Positions 52,514 to 63,685 of a DNA stretch of 64,000 nucleotides are shown here, piece by piece. Both the position numbers and the translations under genes were made by a program. The notes under the pieces were generated by a model. The model was not told the DNA's origin. It did not search any database and saw nothing but the letters and a program-made list of their open reading frames with translations. Origin of the DNA: Nitrospirales bacterium (GTDB taxonomy: Bacteria; Nitrospirota; Nitrospiria; Nitrospirales; UBA8639); NCBI GenBank assembly GCA_965203295.1, contig CBDBCZ010000019.1, positions 2,272,001-2,336,000 of the forward strand. Reading direction: 5' to 3'. Each line of letters opens with the position of its first letter. Within the stretch, counting starts at the first letter, position 1.

Positions 52514-52795
52514 ATGACGACCATAGAGGCTATATGGTTAGGTATTGGATTCCTCGGGCAGGGTATGTTCTTTTCCCGATGGCTCATCCAATGGGTCACA
52601 TCGGAACGAAAAGCGGAAAGTAGTATGCCCATTATGTTTTGGTACCTCAGTCTGGTGGGTGGACTCATTACCTTGGCCTATGCCATTTATCGAAAGGATC
52701 CCGTTTTTATCACTGGGCAAGGCGTTGGTGCCTTTGTTTATCTTCGAAATCTCATGCTCATCCATCAGTCCCGAAAACGACCGACAAGTGGCTGA
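52514..52795 (+). CDS. LAB_N (lipid A biosynthesis N-terminal) domain membrane protein
   Basis: GFLGQ..F..RW..QW..SE, FWYLSL.G, DPVFI.GQ, YLRNL. Confidence 0.9.
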   Translation: MTTIEAIWLGIGFLGQGMFFSRWLIQWVTSERKAESSMPIMFWYLSLVGGLITLAYAIYRKDPVFITGQGVGAFVYLRNLMLIHQSRKRPTSG

Positions 52796-54611
52796 CCTGA
52801 GCAATCCCTCCGCAACACCATCCTCTCATCCTCACTGGCTTCACCTTGTTCTTCTCCTCTCACTCGCAAGCCTTCTTCTCCTCACCGGGCTCGGCACGCT
52901 TGGCCTGACTGATCGTGACGAGGGCAGCAACGCAGAAGCTGCCCGGGAAATGCTCGAAACAGGAGATTGGATTTCGCCAACGTTGAATTACGAACCCCGA
53001 TACGCGAAACCCGCTTTTGTCTACTGGGTGATAAGTGGGACCTATTCACTTTTTGGGATTAACGAATTTTCTGCACGCCTTCCTTCTGCCCTTTTTGGCA
53101 TCGCCCTCCTCCTTCTTCACTACTACTTTCTTACTCGAGTCGCGGGGTCAAGTGTGGCGTGGGTTGGTTCACTCATGCTCTTGTTGAACGTTGAGGTCGT
53201 CGCCATCTTCCGGATGGTCTTGACTGACCCTGAACTCGTCTTCTTTACCACATTGTCCGTTTACAGTTTCTGGTTAGGGTTTAAAGGAAAAGGATCAGAA
53301 CGACATTACCTGTGGCTGTTTTACATCGGTATGGGCCTGGCGATGTTGACGAAAGGACCTGTGGGGATCCTGATTCCATTACTGGCCGTCGTTCCTTATC
53401 TCACACTCACACGTCAATGGCGGCAGTATTGGCAAAAAGGCTTTCCCGTTGTGGGCGTTCTTATTTTCATCGTGATTGCGGCTCCATGGTATCTGGCGAT
53501 GTTTGCGATCCACGGCGCTGAGTATGCTGCTGCGGCTCAGGCCAATACCACTGGGCGTTTTGCTAACCCCATGGAGGGACACAGCGGTACGTTCCTTTTT
53601 TATTTTCCTATCTTATTATTTGGGTTTTTCCCGTGGAGTGGTTTGCTACCTGTGGCACTCTATCAAGTTTTTCAAGACTGGCGAGGAAGCAAAGGAACAA
53701 GGCAAAAGAGCCGTCATGATGCCGTGGGCCCAAACGCCCAGGAAGTCTCATCAAGCCAAGAACAAGGAGCGAATGGTCAGAAGGTTGAAACCCTGCCACT
53801 CCCTAACAAGACCTTTCTCGTTCACGCAGCTCAATCCGAAAAGGACCTGGCTTTATTCATGGGCCTTTGGGTGGTGGGCATCTTTATTTTTTTCACTCTG
53901 TCGGCCACACGGCTCCCCCATTACATTCTTCCACTCTACCCAGCCGCCTCGATTCTGACGGCACTTTTCTGGACTCGCTGCCTCCAGCATACGTCAATGG
54001 CTGGACTTCATACCGCTTTGCGGATCCTTCTTTTTACCGGCTATCTCTTTGGACTGATACTGGCTTCTCTGCCAGTCGTGTATGAAGCTTTCACGAAGGA
54101 GATTGCCAAGGAGTTTCCGGCTGCTACCCAAGTCGACGTTGGACTCACACTCATTCTCGCTGGGGTTGTCATCATCATAGGGGTCATGCTCATTCGTCAT
54201 TTTGGGAGAAGCGATTCACAACACACTCATGCCTTTGGGGCCGCCTGTGCGATGATGGTTTCGGTCCTGTTGATTATTCTATTGCTCGCCATCCCTCGAT
54301 ACAGTCAGTTTTTCATTCGCCCACCTCAGGAACTGGCCGCTATCGCAGGGTTGAACCTTGGGCCAAACGATCGGTTGATTCAATTTGGCCGAAAACGGCC
54401 ATCCCTCGTTTTCTACGCCCAACGCAGGGTCTATCAAATCAATGCCGGAGAGGATGAAAGATTCCTGCCTCATCTAGACGCTGGAGGACGATTGATGATC
54501 ATTCTTCAGTCCCATCTACGGTCCCGCTTACCTCAACCGATTTCCGAATTTCCCGTTGTTCTGCAGCGATATGGATTTTCCTTGCTGTCGAGTGAATCTT
54601 TCGTGAAATAA
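52788..54611 (+). CDS. ArnT/GT83-like lipid A glycosyltransferase
   Basis: DRDEG..AEAAREM, KP..YW, ARLPSA, TKGP, ATRLPHYILP.YP; GTG start overlapping the LAB_N gene. Confidence 0.9.
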   Translation: MADLSNPSATPSSHPHWLHLVLLLSLASLLLLTGLGTLGLTDRDEGSNAEAAREMLETGDWISPTLNYEPRYAKPAFVYWVISGTYSLFGINEFSARLPSALFGIALLLLHYYFLTRVAGSSVAWVGSLMLLLNVEVVAIFRMVLTDPELVFFTTLSVYSFWLGFKGKGSERHYLWLFYIGMGLAMLTKGPVGILIPLLAVVPYLTLTRQWRQYWQKGFPVVGVLIFIVIAAPWYLAMFAIHGAEYAAAAQANTTGRFANPMEGHSGTFLFYFPILLFGFFPWSGLLPVALYQVFQDWRGSKGTRQKSRHDAVGPNAQEVSSSQEQGANGQKVETLPLPNKTFLVHAAQSEKDLALFMGLWVVGIFIFFTLSATRLPHYILPLYPAASILTALFWTRCLQHTSMAGLHTALRILLFTGYLFGLILASLPVVYEAFTKEIAKEFPAATQVDVGLTLILAGVVIIIGVMLIRHFGRSDSQHTHAFGAACAMMVSVLLIILLLAIPRYSQFFIRPPQELAAIAGLNLGPNDRLIQFGRKRPSLVFYAQRRVYQINAGEDERFLPHLDAGGRLMIILQSHLRSRLPQPISEFPVVLQRYGFSLLSSESFVK

Positions 54612-54778
54612 TTAGTCTGGAATCCTGAGTCTGGAGTCAACATTCTTAAGACACAAGACTTTGGACGAGGGACACTGGTTGGGTTTCAATCGTTCCAATT
54701 TCATGAACCCTCAGTTTTACAAAATCTATTGCATCAAGTTTCTCGTGCCCGATTTTATGCAGTCAACGACCATACAGA

Positions 54779-55903
54779 TCATTGAAGGATTATTGGGATA
54801 ATGCCTTTCAAATTCTGAACAAGCCACAATGCACCAATGAGAGCTGGAAGGGCTAAGAAATTCCCGATCAGTCCACTCCCAAGTCTATCATTTTGTTCAG
54901 CTTGAGCGAGCCACCATCCCAATCCGGCTAAGATCGTCACCAGGATGATGATGACGGATTGGGTAAAGATAGCTGCTCCCAATGCAATGGTCAACACACA
55001 TTCCCGACTCCCAAACCACCCGAATGGTTTTTCAATATTGTGTTTCCTTAAGAGAAACGTTCTTAACCCAAAGCCCAGGACCATGACGATAGAGCCACCC
55101 AAGATCATCGCCTCTCTTCCATTGCTGATATATGACTGGTCAAGGCTGAGCCAGATGATACTAAAGCACACCACCGCAAACGGCATGGCACCACACAAGC
55201 CCTGGTAGGCTGAGCTTTTCCAATCCTTGAGGGGCCTTGCCCACACATATCCCACGAGGTATCCGAACAACGCCCCCCCCATCACATCGGTAGGAAAGTG
55301 CGATCCTCGTGCTATCCTGGTCATAGCGACAAAAAGGGCCGCACCGTACCAGAGCCATACTCCTCTCGGAAATACTTTGGCTAACACAGCCGCCACCGCA
55401 AACGTCGCAGAAGAATGCCCAGACGGGAAGGTATCAAGTCCACCTTGAAGGGAAGGCCCAAACTGAAAAGGATCTTGATGGGTGAATCGCGGACGAGGGC
55501 GTCCAACGAGATGTTTCGGAATCTGCGCGCCTAATCCGGCAATGACATGGGCGAATAGACTATTCCACCCCGCCTGACGCCATTCGGCCCGTTTCCACCA
55601 GTATCCGACTCCAAGCAGTGCGCCACTAATCACGACAAGGGTCACTCCATGACCAAGACGGTAACCCATATCTCCGATTTGTTCGAGGAGAGGGTTATGA
55701 AAGGATCGAAGAAAGAGGATGACAGGGTAATCCGCTTGCGCGAGGGCGCCAAACATTCCAAGGATGGCCGCAAGAGACAGGAGGCAAACCAACCAGGGCT
55801 TTAGAGATCTAGCACCCTTCGAGCCATTGGTTCTTGCAGAAAGCGTGGGAGAAGATGTTGCGGATGCATTCACATTGGAGTCATCGCTTCCAGAAACATT
55901 CAT
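54779..55903 (-). CDS. PAP2 family phosphatase (LpxE/LpxF-like)
   Basis: K...GRPRP, FPSGH, TRI..G.HFPTDV. Confidence 0.88.
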   Translation of the reverse strand: MNVSGSDDSNVNASATSSPTLSARTNGSKGARSLKPWLVCLLSLAAILGMFGALAQADYPVILFLRSFHNPLLEQIGDMGYRLGHGVTLVVISGALLGVGYWWKRAEWRQAGWNSLFAHVIAGLGAQIPKHLVGRPRPRFTHQDPFQFGPSLQGGLDTFPSGHSSATFAVAAVLAKVFPRGVWLWYGAALFVAMTRIARGSHFPTDVMGGALFGYLVGYVWARPLKDWKSSAYQGLCGAMPFAVVCFSIIWLSLDQSYISNGREAMILGGSIVMVLGFGLRTFLLRKHNIEKPFGWFGSRECVLTIALGAAIFTQSVIIILVTILAGLGWWLAQAEQNDRLGSGLIGNFLALPALIGALWLVQNLKGIIPIILQ

Positions 55904-55966
55904 CAGGCATCTCGAATGCCCGCCACTTTCTTTTTTTCAGTATCTGCGGTCATGACTGACTTTTCT

Positions 55967-57088
55967 CTAAGGCACCCAATCAGCTAAAAACACATTAAAC
56001 TCATGTGGTTCTGTCGCATTCCGATCAGACGCCCAGACAAGTTTTGTCCCATCCGGAGAAAATATCGGAAAACTGTTGAAATGGCCCTCGAAAGTCAGCT
56101 GCATCAATTCCGTGCCATCTTCATTTATCATATACAAATGGAAAGAAGGGCGGCCCTTTCCATTCTTGCGTGAAGAAATGTTCGAAGAAAAGATAATCCT
56201 CTTGCCATCAGGATGAAAGTAAGGTGCAAAATTGGAAGCTCCATTGGCAGTGACTTGACGCTTTTCCGACCCATCTGCGTTCATCACGAATATTTCCAAA
56301 TTTGACGGCTCGATGAGATTCAATGCAAGAAGCTCCTGGTACCCTCTAAGCTCATCTTCGGTTTTCGGATGGGAAGCACGATACACGATCCGTTTGCTAT
56401 CTGGGGAAAAAAAGGCACCCCCATCATATCCGACTTCATGGGTCAACCGTTTGATATGAGTACCATCAATGTTCATCCTGTACAAGTCGATATCCCCATC
56501 TCGAACCGACGTAAACACGATGGTTCTCCCATCTGGAGAAACCGTGGCTTCGGCATCATAACCCGGAGTCGCCGTCAGTCGCTGTATGTCTTTTCCATCA
56601 ATGTGTACAGAATAGATGTCGTAATCATTCAATGCCCAACGGTACCGTTCAGACCTTTTGGGCCGAGGAGGACAATTGTGATCGACTCGGTGCGTCGAGG
56701 AAAACAACACCCGTCGCCCGCCAGGGAAAAAATACCCGCATGTCGTCCCTCCCAGCCCAGTACTCACCCTCCTCATGTTCGTTCCATCAAGATCCATCAC
56801 ATACATCTGATAACAAAATCCTAGTTTCTTCCTCGCGGGGTCCTTTGTTGATTGAAAAATCAATTTATCCCCATCGAAGGAAAAATAGGCCTCCGCATTT
56901 TTCCCACCTGCAGTAAGCTGTTGAACATTGGCCAAATGACCTTCCGCTGTTACGGACGAAGCGAGACTCTCTTTTGCCATGCCCTGGCCCAATAAGGCTC
57001 CCAGGTGAAGTCCGACACATGCGAAGAGGCCAAAAGTGAGATTGAACATTCGTCTGATTCGCATTGTTTTCCTTTCAAGCTGCATCAA
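55967..57088 (-). CDS. TolB-like PD40 beta-propeller protein
   Basis: NAEAYFS.DG, GYDAEAT.SPDG, GYDGGAFFSPD repeats. Confidence 0.88.
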   Translation of the reverse strand: MMQLERKTMRIRRMFNLTFGLFACVGLHLGALLGQGMAKESLASSVTAEGHLANVQQLTAGGKNAEAYFSFDGDKLIFQSTKDPARKKLGFCYQMYVMDLDGTNMRRVSTGLGGTTCGYFFPGGRRVLFSSTHRVDHNCPPRPKRSERYRWALNDYDIYSVHIDGKDIQRLTATPGYDAEATVSPDGRTIVFTSVRDGDIDLYRMNIDGTHIKRLTHEVGYDGGAFFSPDSKRIVYRASHPKTEDELRGYQELLALNLIEPSNLEIFVMNADGSEKRQVTANGASNFAPYFHPDGKRIIFSSNISSRKNGKGRPSFHLYMINEDGTELMQLTFEGHFNSFPIFSPDGTKLVWASDRNATEPHEFNVFLADWVP

Positions 57089-59264
57089 GCTGAATCTTTA
57101 AAGGCGACCCCGGTGGGTTGAACATTCCACGGACCAACACCTTCCCGTCGCGAAACACCAGATAACTGTCCCACCCATAGAAAAATAAAAGCCGAGCAAC
57201 ATGCTTCACTGCCGAGGGAGACAGTCCAAAAAACAGAGATACCACACCATCTGGATACAACAGGAGACGAGCAAAGCCATGCCTGACCCTTCAAAGGTTT
57301 GTCCCTGAATCGTGAAGCGACCCTGGTCAACCTGCACCTTTTCTCCGCACCCCGCCAATCTTTCACCGACCATTTGGTCATGCTTCGGGTTGCCCAAAAT
57401 TAGAGTCGATGCCTGTCTTTCTGCTGCATATTCATCAGTCTGTTGAACAATCCCGGAATCTCGTGAGTGAATATGTCGAAGGGTCGGTTGGTATGCTTCG
57501 CGTTCTTCTTGGGGAGCCTTTCTCGAGGCCACCACGACTTGGAATTGATCAGTCGCCCATACGTTCAGCATAGGCGGGATGTGATGACGATCAAGCCGCC
57601 GGAGACTTTCGAAATAAGGGTCGAGGGTCAAGGACATTGGGCGTGCAGGAACAACAATTTTGAAAATATGTTCGGAAGACTCTAGAACAAAAATCGTGCG
57701 ATGTGTTTCCCCTGTTGCTAATTCGACGACGACAGGGATCTTCAGGCGATAGGATGATGCTACTTGCTTGAATCTGACGGTCAATTGAAATTCTTCGGAG
57801 GAGTGAGGAGAAGGCTCGATGTTCCAATCAACGATCTTAAGAGACGGAGCCCCTTGCTGTTGGACCCACTGATGAAAAAACCAATGAAGATCTCGATTCG
57901 ATACTTCACCAAATACTTTTTCAAGATCCTCCCATCCTGTATACATAACTGTCCGATCCTCGACCAATCGTCGAGCCCCTGAGAAAAACGCTTGGTCACC
58001 AATTTCCAATCGAAGCATATGAAAAATTATGGCTGCTTTTTGGTATCCAATGGCATTATCCAATCGCGTTTCTTTATGATGGAGTCGAACCCAGTGGGGG
58101 AGTCGCATACAGGCTATATTCATAAAACATTCGCTTCCGCAAGGACAACGCTTTCTCGGGAGGGCTATGGAGTTCCTCAAAATAATAATTGGCCATATAG
58201 GTGGTCAGACCTTCCACCCAGTTCCCGGTCGAAAAATCATTCAGCACAGAATTTCCATACCAGGAATGCACAATTTCATGGCCTAGAGAATATGGCTGCG
58301 TATATCCGCGCTTGATCATACGATTTCCTAATAGGGTATAGGAAGGGAGCCCTATCCCGCTTGGAAAAAAATTCTCCACGACAGCAAATTTGGGAAAGGG
58401 ATAGGGACCAAGAAGCTTCGTGTAAAACTTCAAATAGGTGATCGTGGCGTTTAGATACAGCTCTGACAAATGCGCTTCACTCGGAAAAAGATAGGTCGCT
58501 ATTTCAATTCCCTGCCATTCTCGTTGGTTCTTCACAAACTGATTGGCGACTAAGGTGAGGGCTTCACTGGTGGTGCTAACTTGCCATGTCGAGGTTCGAT
58601 TCTTATTTTAGGTAGAGCGGGATACTTCCTTTCCTTGTGTCACCACCTCCCATGCATTGGGAACTGTCGCCTGGACATCAAAGGTTGACAAAGTGCCAGG
58701 TAGGTACGGATACCATGCAGTCTCCGAAGTGAGGTAGACGCCTTCAGGCCCAATATGGCCATTGGTTTTATCCGGACGGACAAACCGCAACCCCTTCCCA
58801 GCCTGGGGCGGCTCATTAATAAGCCCATGGTAACTGACAGTGAGGCTAAGGGGATACAGACTCGTTTGAGCAGAATCGGTCCAGGATAACTCAATGACTT
58901 GAATGTTTCCTTCCCGATTCCCGTCTTGTCCCGATGGTTCAATTCGGCGGTAGGGAATGCGTTTCCCTTGAAGCAGGACGTGATCAATGGAGAAGTGCTT
59001 GTTTAACAGAACCTTCAACGATTTTGAGCCCGTGAATTGATCAGGATGTAAGACAAGGGTATCTTCAGCCGCCAATTCATGGGAATCCGGATTTATTTGA
59101 ACGCGGAGCTTATGGTGCACGACCTTGGCCTCTGCTTCAATCAGACTGATACTCATACAAAGCGAAATCCCCACTACCATCAGCAGTACCTCTACAACCT
59201 TTCTAGGAACCATGGGATATCGCGTTCCTTCCAAAGTGCTTGTCCTCAAATTTGGAGTGATCAT
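57075..59264 (-). pseudogene. M1 family aminopeptidase, disrupted
   Basis: HEIVHSWYGN..W.EGLTTY, GYQK; in-frame TAA at 58608-58610, frameshifts near 58090 and 57258. Confidence 0.85.
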
Positions 59265-60182
59265 CTAGTTTCCGCCTTCAAGCAACGCGTCTACGAATTC
59301 TCGGGCTCGAAAATCTTGAAGATCGTCTTCCTGTTCACCCACGCCGATTAAGCGAACCGGAACCTGAAGCTCCTCGGCAATGGCCACAAGGACTCCACCC
59401 TTTGCTGTTCCATCTAATTTAGTAATTGCCAATCCTGTGACTCCCAATGCCTCGTGAAACTGCTTCGCCTGCGCTAAACCGTTTTGTCCAATGGTCCCGT
59501 CCAGGGTTAAGAGCGTTTCGTGAGGAGCCCCAGGCAGTTCGCGATCGAGGACTCGTTTCATTTTTTTAAGCTCTTCCATCAGATTGAATTTCGTATGAAG
59601 ACGGCCAGCGGTGTCAATCAACACCACCCCAACCCCACGGGCATTCGCTGCAACAATCCCATCAAATACGACGGCAGAAGGGTCGGCCCCGTGCCGATGT
59701 TTAATCACATCCACTCCAATTTTTTTTCCCCAAAACTCTAACTGTTCGATGGCTGCAGCCCGGAAGGTATCAGCCGCTACCAAAAGCGGGTTGATCCCAT
59801 TCTGCTTGAGACGGCTGGCCAGTTTAGCCAGGCTGGTTGTCTTTCCTACTCCATTCACCCCTATCGACAAAATGACGAACGGTTTCGGGCCTTTTTTAAT
59901 GATCGATTCCAATGATTCAGACTCAGCGGGTTTCAATATTTCATACAGACCATCTTTCAGAACGCCTAACGCACCAGCTGCATCAGTGCCTCGCATATTC
60001 GTTTTTAATCGGTCCATCAATCGATCAACTGCTCGTACGCCTACGTCGGCCCGTAATAAAGCTTCTTCCACCTCTTCCAACACTTGAGGATCTAATCCAC
60101 GTCCAACCAAACGCCGCAAAGATTCCTCAACATTTTGTCGAGTTTTCCCTAAACCTTGCTGTAAGCGTTCAAACCATTTCAT
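59265..60182 (-). CDS. ftsY: SRP receptor FtsY
   Basis: GVNGVGKTT, DTFRAAA, DTAGR, TKLDGTAKGG. Confidence 0.97.
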   Translation of the reverse strand: MKWFERLQQGLGKTRQNVEESLRRLVGRGLDPQVLEEVEEALLRADVGVRAVDRLMDRLKTNMRGTDAAGALGVLKDGLYEILKPAESESLESIIKKGPKPFVILSIGVNGVGKTTSLAKLASRLKQNGINPLLVAADTFRAAAIEQLEFWGKKIGVDVIKHRHGADPSAVVFDGIVAANARGVGVVLIDTAGRLHTKFNLMEELKKMKRVLDRELPGAPHETLLTLDGTIGQNGLAQAKQFHEALGVTGLAITKLDGTAKGGVLVAIAEELQVPVRLIGVGEQEDDLQDFRAREFVDALLEGGN

Positions 60183-60258
60183 GGTTACGAGATGAACCTC
60201 CTGAATGCCATTTTCTGCTTTCCCTTCTTAAGCATGCCATGCTGTTGAGGGAATTTTT

Positions 60259-60714
60259 TTACTTTCGTTTGACCAATTTTGGGAACGGTTTCAAGGATTC
60301 AAACAACGCCTGCTCTTTTCGACGCATCCGACGAGCTTCCCGATCCCCCTGTTCATGGTCATACCCCAATAAATGCAAAACTCCATGGATCAACAGGCTG
60401 ATCAGTTCCTCATCCACTGAATGATCAAAGGCAGAAGCTTGTCGCTCAGCCGTAGGATAGGCGATCACCACATCACCAAGGAGGGAGGATCGAAAACCAG
60501 GAGAAACCCGAAGTGGGAACGCCAAGACATCCGTCGTTTTATCTCGCTCCCGATACTCTCGATTCAAACGACGCATTCGGGTATTCCCAATAATCTCGAG
60601 ACTTAATTCAGCCTGTTGTTCTCCTACAAGTTCGAGAAGATGCTGAGCCAACCGAGAAAGGACCGACATGCGGACAGGTGACCGGCGAAGGCGACTACGA
60701 ACAACGACCGGCAT
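60259..60714 (-). CDS. ybeY: rRNA maturation RNase YbeY
   Basis: LN..YR..DK.TDVL.F, HGVLHLLGYDH. Confidence 0.96.
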   Translation of the reverse strand: MPVVVRSRLRRSPVRMSVLSRLAQHLLELVGEQQAELSLEIIGNTRMRRLNREYRERDKTTDVLAFPLRVSPGFRSSLLGDVVIAYPTAERQASAFDHSVDEELISLLIHGVLHLLGYDHEQGDREARRMRRKEQALFESLKPFPKLVKRK

Positions 60715-61772
60715 CAGGCTGGTGGGTCTTCAGTTTTCCGATTGGGTCCTGGTTGAGTCCTTCCAGAACGAGAGCGAACCTTAGAGGGGGCGGAACTCCC
60801 TTTCGATTGGGGGCTCGAGGGATCACCACCATTTTGATGTTGATCGTAGGCCTTCACGATCGCTTGAACCAACCGATGACGCACAACATCCCGATCATTG
60901 AAATACACGAATTGAATTCCTTCAATTCCCTTCAAAATGCCAGTGACTTGGATAAGACCGGAAGTTCGATCTGGAGGCAAATCCACCTGGGTGATATCTC
61001 CGGTTATCACAGCCTTGGAGTTAAACCCTAATCGGGTCAGGAACATTTTCATTTGCTCGGCCGTCGCATTTTGCGCTTCATCCAAAATCACAAAGGCATC
61101 GTTCAGCGTTCGTCCTCTCATAAATGCCAACGGGGCCATTTCAATTTCTCCCCGCTCGATGAGTCTATTGGCGCGATCGATATCCATCATTCCGTACAGC
61201 GCGTCATACAGGGGACGAAGATAGGGATGGACCTTGGCAAACATGTCACCGGGCAAAAACCCTAAATGCTCTCCGGCTTCCACGGCTGGTCGAGCCAACA
61301 CAATGCGACTCACCTGTTTTTTGCTTAATGCGGTCAAGGCCATCGCCATGGCCAAATAGGTTTTCCCTGTTCCGGCAGGACCAATCGCGATGACTAAATC
61401 ATGCTGTTGAATTGCTTCAATATACGCTTGCTGAGAAGGGCTTTTAGGAGAAACAGAGGTTTTAGGAGTATGGATAGAAGAACTCTTAAAAAGCAGGGAT
61501 TGGAGAGGAGTCTCCGAATCGCCTTCCGTCGCTTTGAGCACTCGGGCCACGTCTTCGGCCTTCAGCTCCTGCCGTTTAATCGTCCATTCCGCTAACTCTG
61601 ACAAAAGACGTTCGGCTTTCAATACAGCATCCGGCTCTCCTTCCAAGGTGACTTCATCACCCCGAGCAGACAACTGTACTCGAAGTTCATCTTCAATGAG
61701 CCTCAAGTGTAAATCATAGGGACCAAACAACGTTGCAAGATTGACCCCTTCGCGAAGCTTTACTTTACGCAC
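60714..61772 (-). CDS. phoH: PhoH family ATPase
   Basis: GPAGTGKT, RPAVEAGE.LGFLPG, MRGRT, DEAQN. Confidence 0.93.
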   Translation of the reverse strand: MRKVKLREGVNLATLFGPYDLHLRLIEDELRVQLSARGDEVTLEGEPDAVLKAERLLSELAEWTIKRQELKAEDVARVLKATEGDSETPLQSLLFKSSSIHTPKTSVSPKSPSQQAYIEAIQQHDLVIAIGPAGTGKTYLAMAMALTALSKKQVSRIVLARPAVEAGEHLGFLPGDMFAKVHPYLRPLYDALYGMMDIDRANRLIERGEIEMAPLAFMRGRTLNDAFVILDEAQNATAEQMKMFLTRLGFNSKAVITGDITQVDLPPDRTSGLIQVTGILKGIEGIQFVYFNDRDVVRHRLVQAIVKAYDQHQNGGDPSSPQSKGSSAPSKVRSRSGRTQPGPNRKTEDPPA

Positions 61773-61970
61773 GCCAGTAGTCTATTTCCTCCTTCGAATG
61801 AGCTGAATTTTTATTCTAACAAAGGGTGAAAAAGCAAACAAGATAATCAAAGTTTGGGAAACTCTCGATGCCATGCCATTGTGAATGTGAAGCGCTTTCA
61901 AAACCCAAGCCTATCAGGAGCCTCCGAAATCTTTCCTTACTCAGGGTTGCATAAAAAACTCTTTTCCCAT

Positions 61971-62804
61971 TCACGATGTTCGCCTTTGACAAACTGGGCA
62001 AAAAAAGGATGTGCGCTCCGCGACCAGAGACTTTAGCACAACCCCACATCCTCTCGGACAAGGCAGCCCACCCTTCTGGTAGACCTGGTGGCGTTCTTGA
62101 TAATGACCTGGGCTTCCATCTGGGGCACGAAAATCACGGATCGTGGACCCCCCACACGTGATCGCCTCTTGTAACACCCCTTGCATACTGCCATACAATC
62201 GTTGAATTTTCGGCCTTGATAGATTCATCCCCCGAACATGAGGATGAATGCCAGCCCTGTAGAGAATTTCATTCGCATAAATGTTGCCAATCCCTGCCAG
62301 TTTGCGCTGGTTCAATAGCATGGCTTTGATTCGACCCCGGCAGCGTTGAATCAAGGATTGAAAATCCTTTAGCTCAATGGCTAAAGGATCAGGACCAAAT
62401 CGTCGACTGAGAAAATATTCCAATCCTTCTCGATCGAGAAGATACACACGACCAAATCGGCGGGCATTCCAATACCTAACCTCTGGTTCCTTCCCTCCTT
62501 CGAGGGAGAGAATCATGTGCGTGTGCCGTTCTAGCCTCCGATCAGCTCGCTGAAACAGGAGTAATCCGGTCATCCCCAATTCTGTCAGAATGAAACGCTG
62601 CTGTCCCTGTTTCACGCATGTGAACTGAATACTTTTCCCTTGTCTTTGAATATCTTGAATACGCGCTTCTGGGAACCAGGGGAGTTCTCCGAGACCTTCT
62701 CGGATGATATCCTTCCTTCCTACGCAGCACTTGCGAATGGTCGCGCCCAGAATGTGCATTTGGAGTTGTCGAAGAACGACTTCGGCTTCAGGAAGTTCAG
62801 GCAT
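61971..62804 (-). CDS. mutM: Formamidopyrimidine-DNA glycosylase
   Basis: MPELPE, LGMTG, R.FG, GIGNIY..E, C-terminal zinc finger. Confidence 0.93.
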   Translation of the reverse strand: MPELPEAEVVLRQLQMHILGATIRKCCVGRKDIIREGLGELPWFPEARIQDIQRQGKSIQFTCVKQGQQRFILTELGMTGLLLFQRADRRLERHTHMILSLEGGKEPEVRYWNARRFGRVYLLDREGLEYFLSRRFGPDPLAIELKDFQSLIQRCRGRIKAMLLNQRKLAGIGNIYANEILYRAGIHPHVRGMNLSRPKIQRLYGSMQGVLQEAITCGGSTIRDFRAPDGSPGHYQERHQVYQKGGLPCPRGCGVVLKSLVAERTSFFCPVCQRRTS

Positions 62805-63040
62805 GGGTTTGTTCTTCTTACGGAGAAGAGGCGAATTTCACGAACATGTCAACAGAAACCGTTCTCACGGTTGAATCATACTCAGGACGGGGAGGAAGGG
62901 CATAGGTTCACGAAGATCAATCGAAAAAAGGAAGGTTCCATATCGGAAACAATCGATCCACTCATTTCTTAGTTGCGAAACACGGTATTGCCTTCTATAC
63001 TAAATATGTTCCATCTCATTTAATCAAAACAAGGCACCTC

Positions 63041-63400
63041 ATGTCTGGCATATCTGTTCAAACCGTAGAAAGTCGTTTACGTCAAGTAAAATGTGCAATC
63101 TGTAAATCACAGCGATTTGGCATTGATTCCCGAACTGTCAACAACGATGGTGAATGGAAAGCGATCTGTCTCGACTGTCATTATACCTTTCCAGTCCATA
63201 CGGACATGGATTTTTATCTCCAAACACAACCTGATGTCCCATACCGGTTGCGAGAAATCGCCTGTCCGGCATGTGAACAACGATCTGGTGAACTCAATTT
63301 TCGCGTCCAAATGTCGGTACGCGAATCCATTTATTTTCTCACCTGCCGATCTTGCGGGAACGAATTTCCTGAACGATCATCATTAGAAGCCTTTGAGTAG
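63041..63400 (+). CDS. Hypothetical double zinc-ribbon protein
   Basis: Four CxxC motifs: CAIC, CLDC, CPAC, CRSC. Confidence 0.8.
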   Translation: MSGISVQTVESRLRQVKCAICKSQRFGIDSRTVNNDGEWKAICLDCHYTFPVHTDMDFYLQTQPDVPYRLREIACPACEQRSGELNFRVQMSVRESIYFLTCRSCGNEFPERSSLEAFE

Positions 63401-63432
63401 CGTCCTACAACTACAACCCAAGGAGCCTCTCC

Positions 63433-63642
63433 GTGGACAACCCTACATCACCCACTCCCCCCGAACCTCAATCCGATTCTCAAACCCCTTCCATGGAAAA
63501 AGTTTCCGAAAAGACGAAAAAGGAGATTCCTGTCGTCTCCGTTCTCCATGATGATGATATGATCGCTGAAGAAATGGCGGATTTATTTGAAGAGGATCAA
63601 GTCACTCACAAGCATGGAAGCAGTGAACCAGAGGGAGATTAA
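63433..63642 (+). CDS. Small acidic hypothetical protein
   Basis: aaggag RBS, GTG start, 69 aa. Confidence 0.55.
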   Translation: MDNPTSPTPPEPQSDSQTPSMEKVSEKTKKEIPVVSVLHDDDMIAEEMADLFEEDQVTHKHGSSEPEGD

Positions 63643-63685
63643 AATCTTGTTTTGGGGGCTTCTTCTCTGAATTATCTGGCCGTCA

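Noticed and set aside
52545..52787. N-terminal extension of the ArnT ORF in the track
   Set aside because: Overlaps the LAB_N gene in another frame; GTG 52788 is the plausible start
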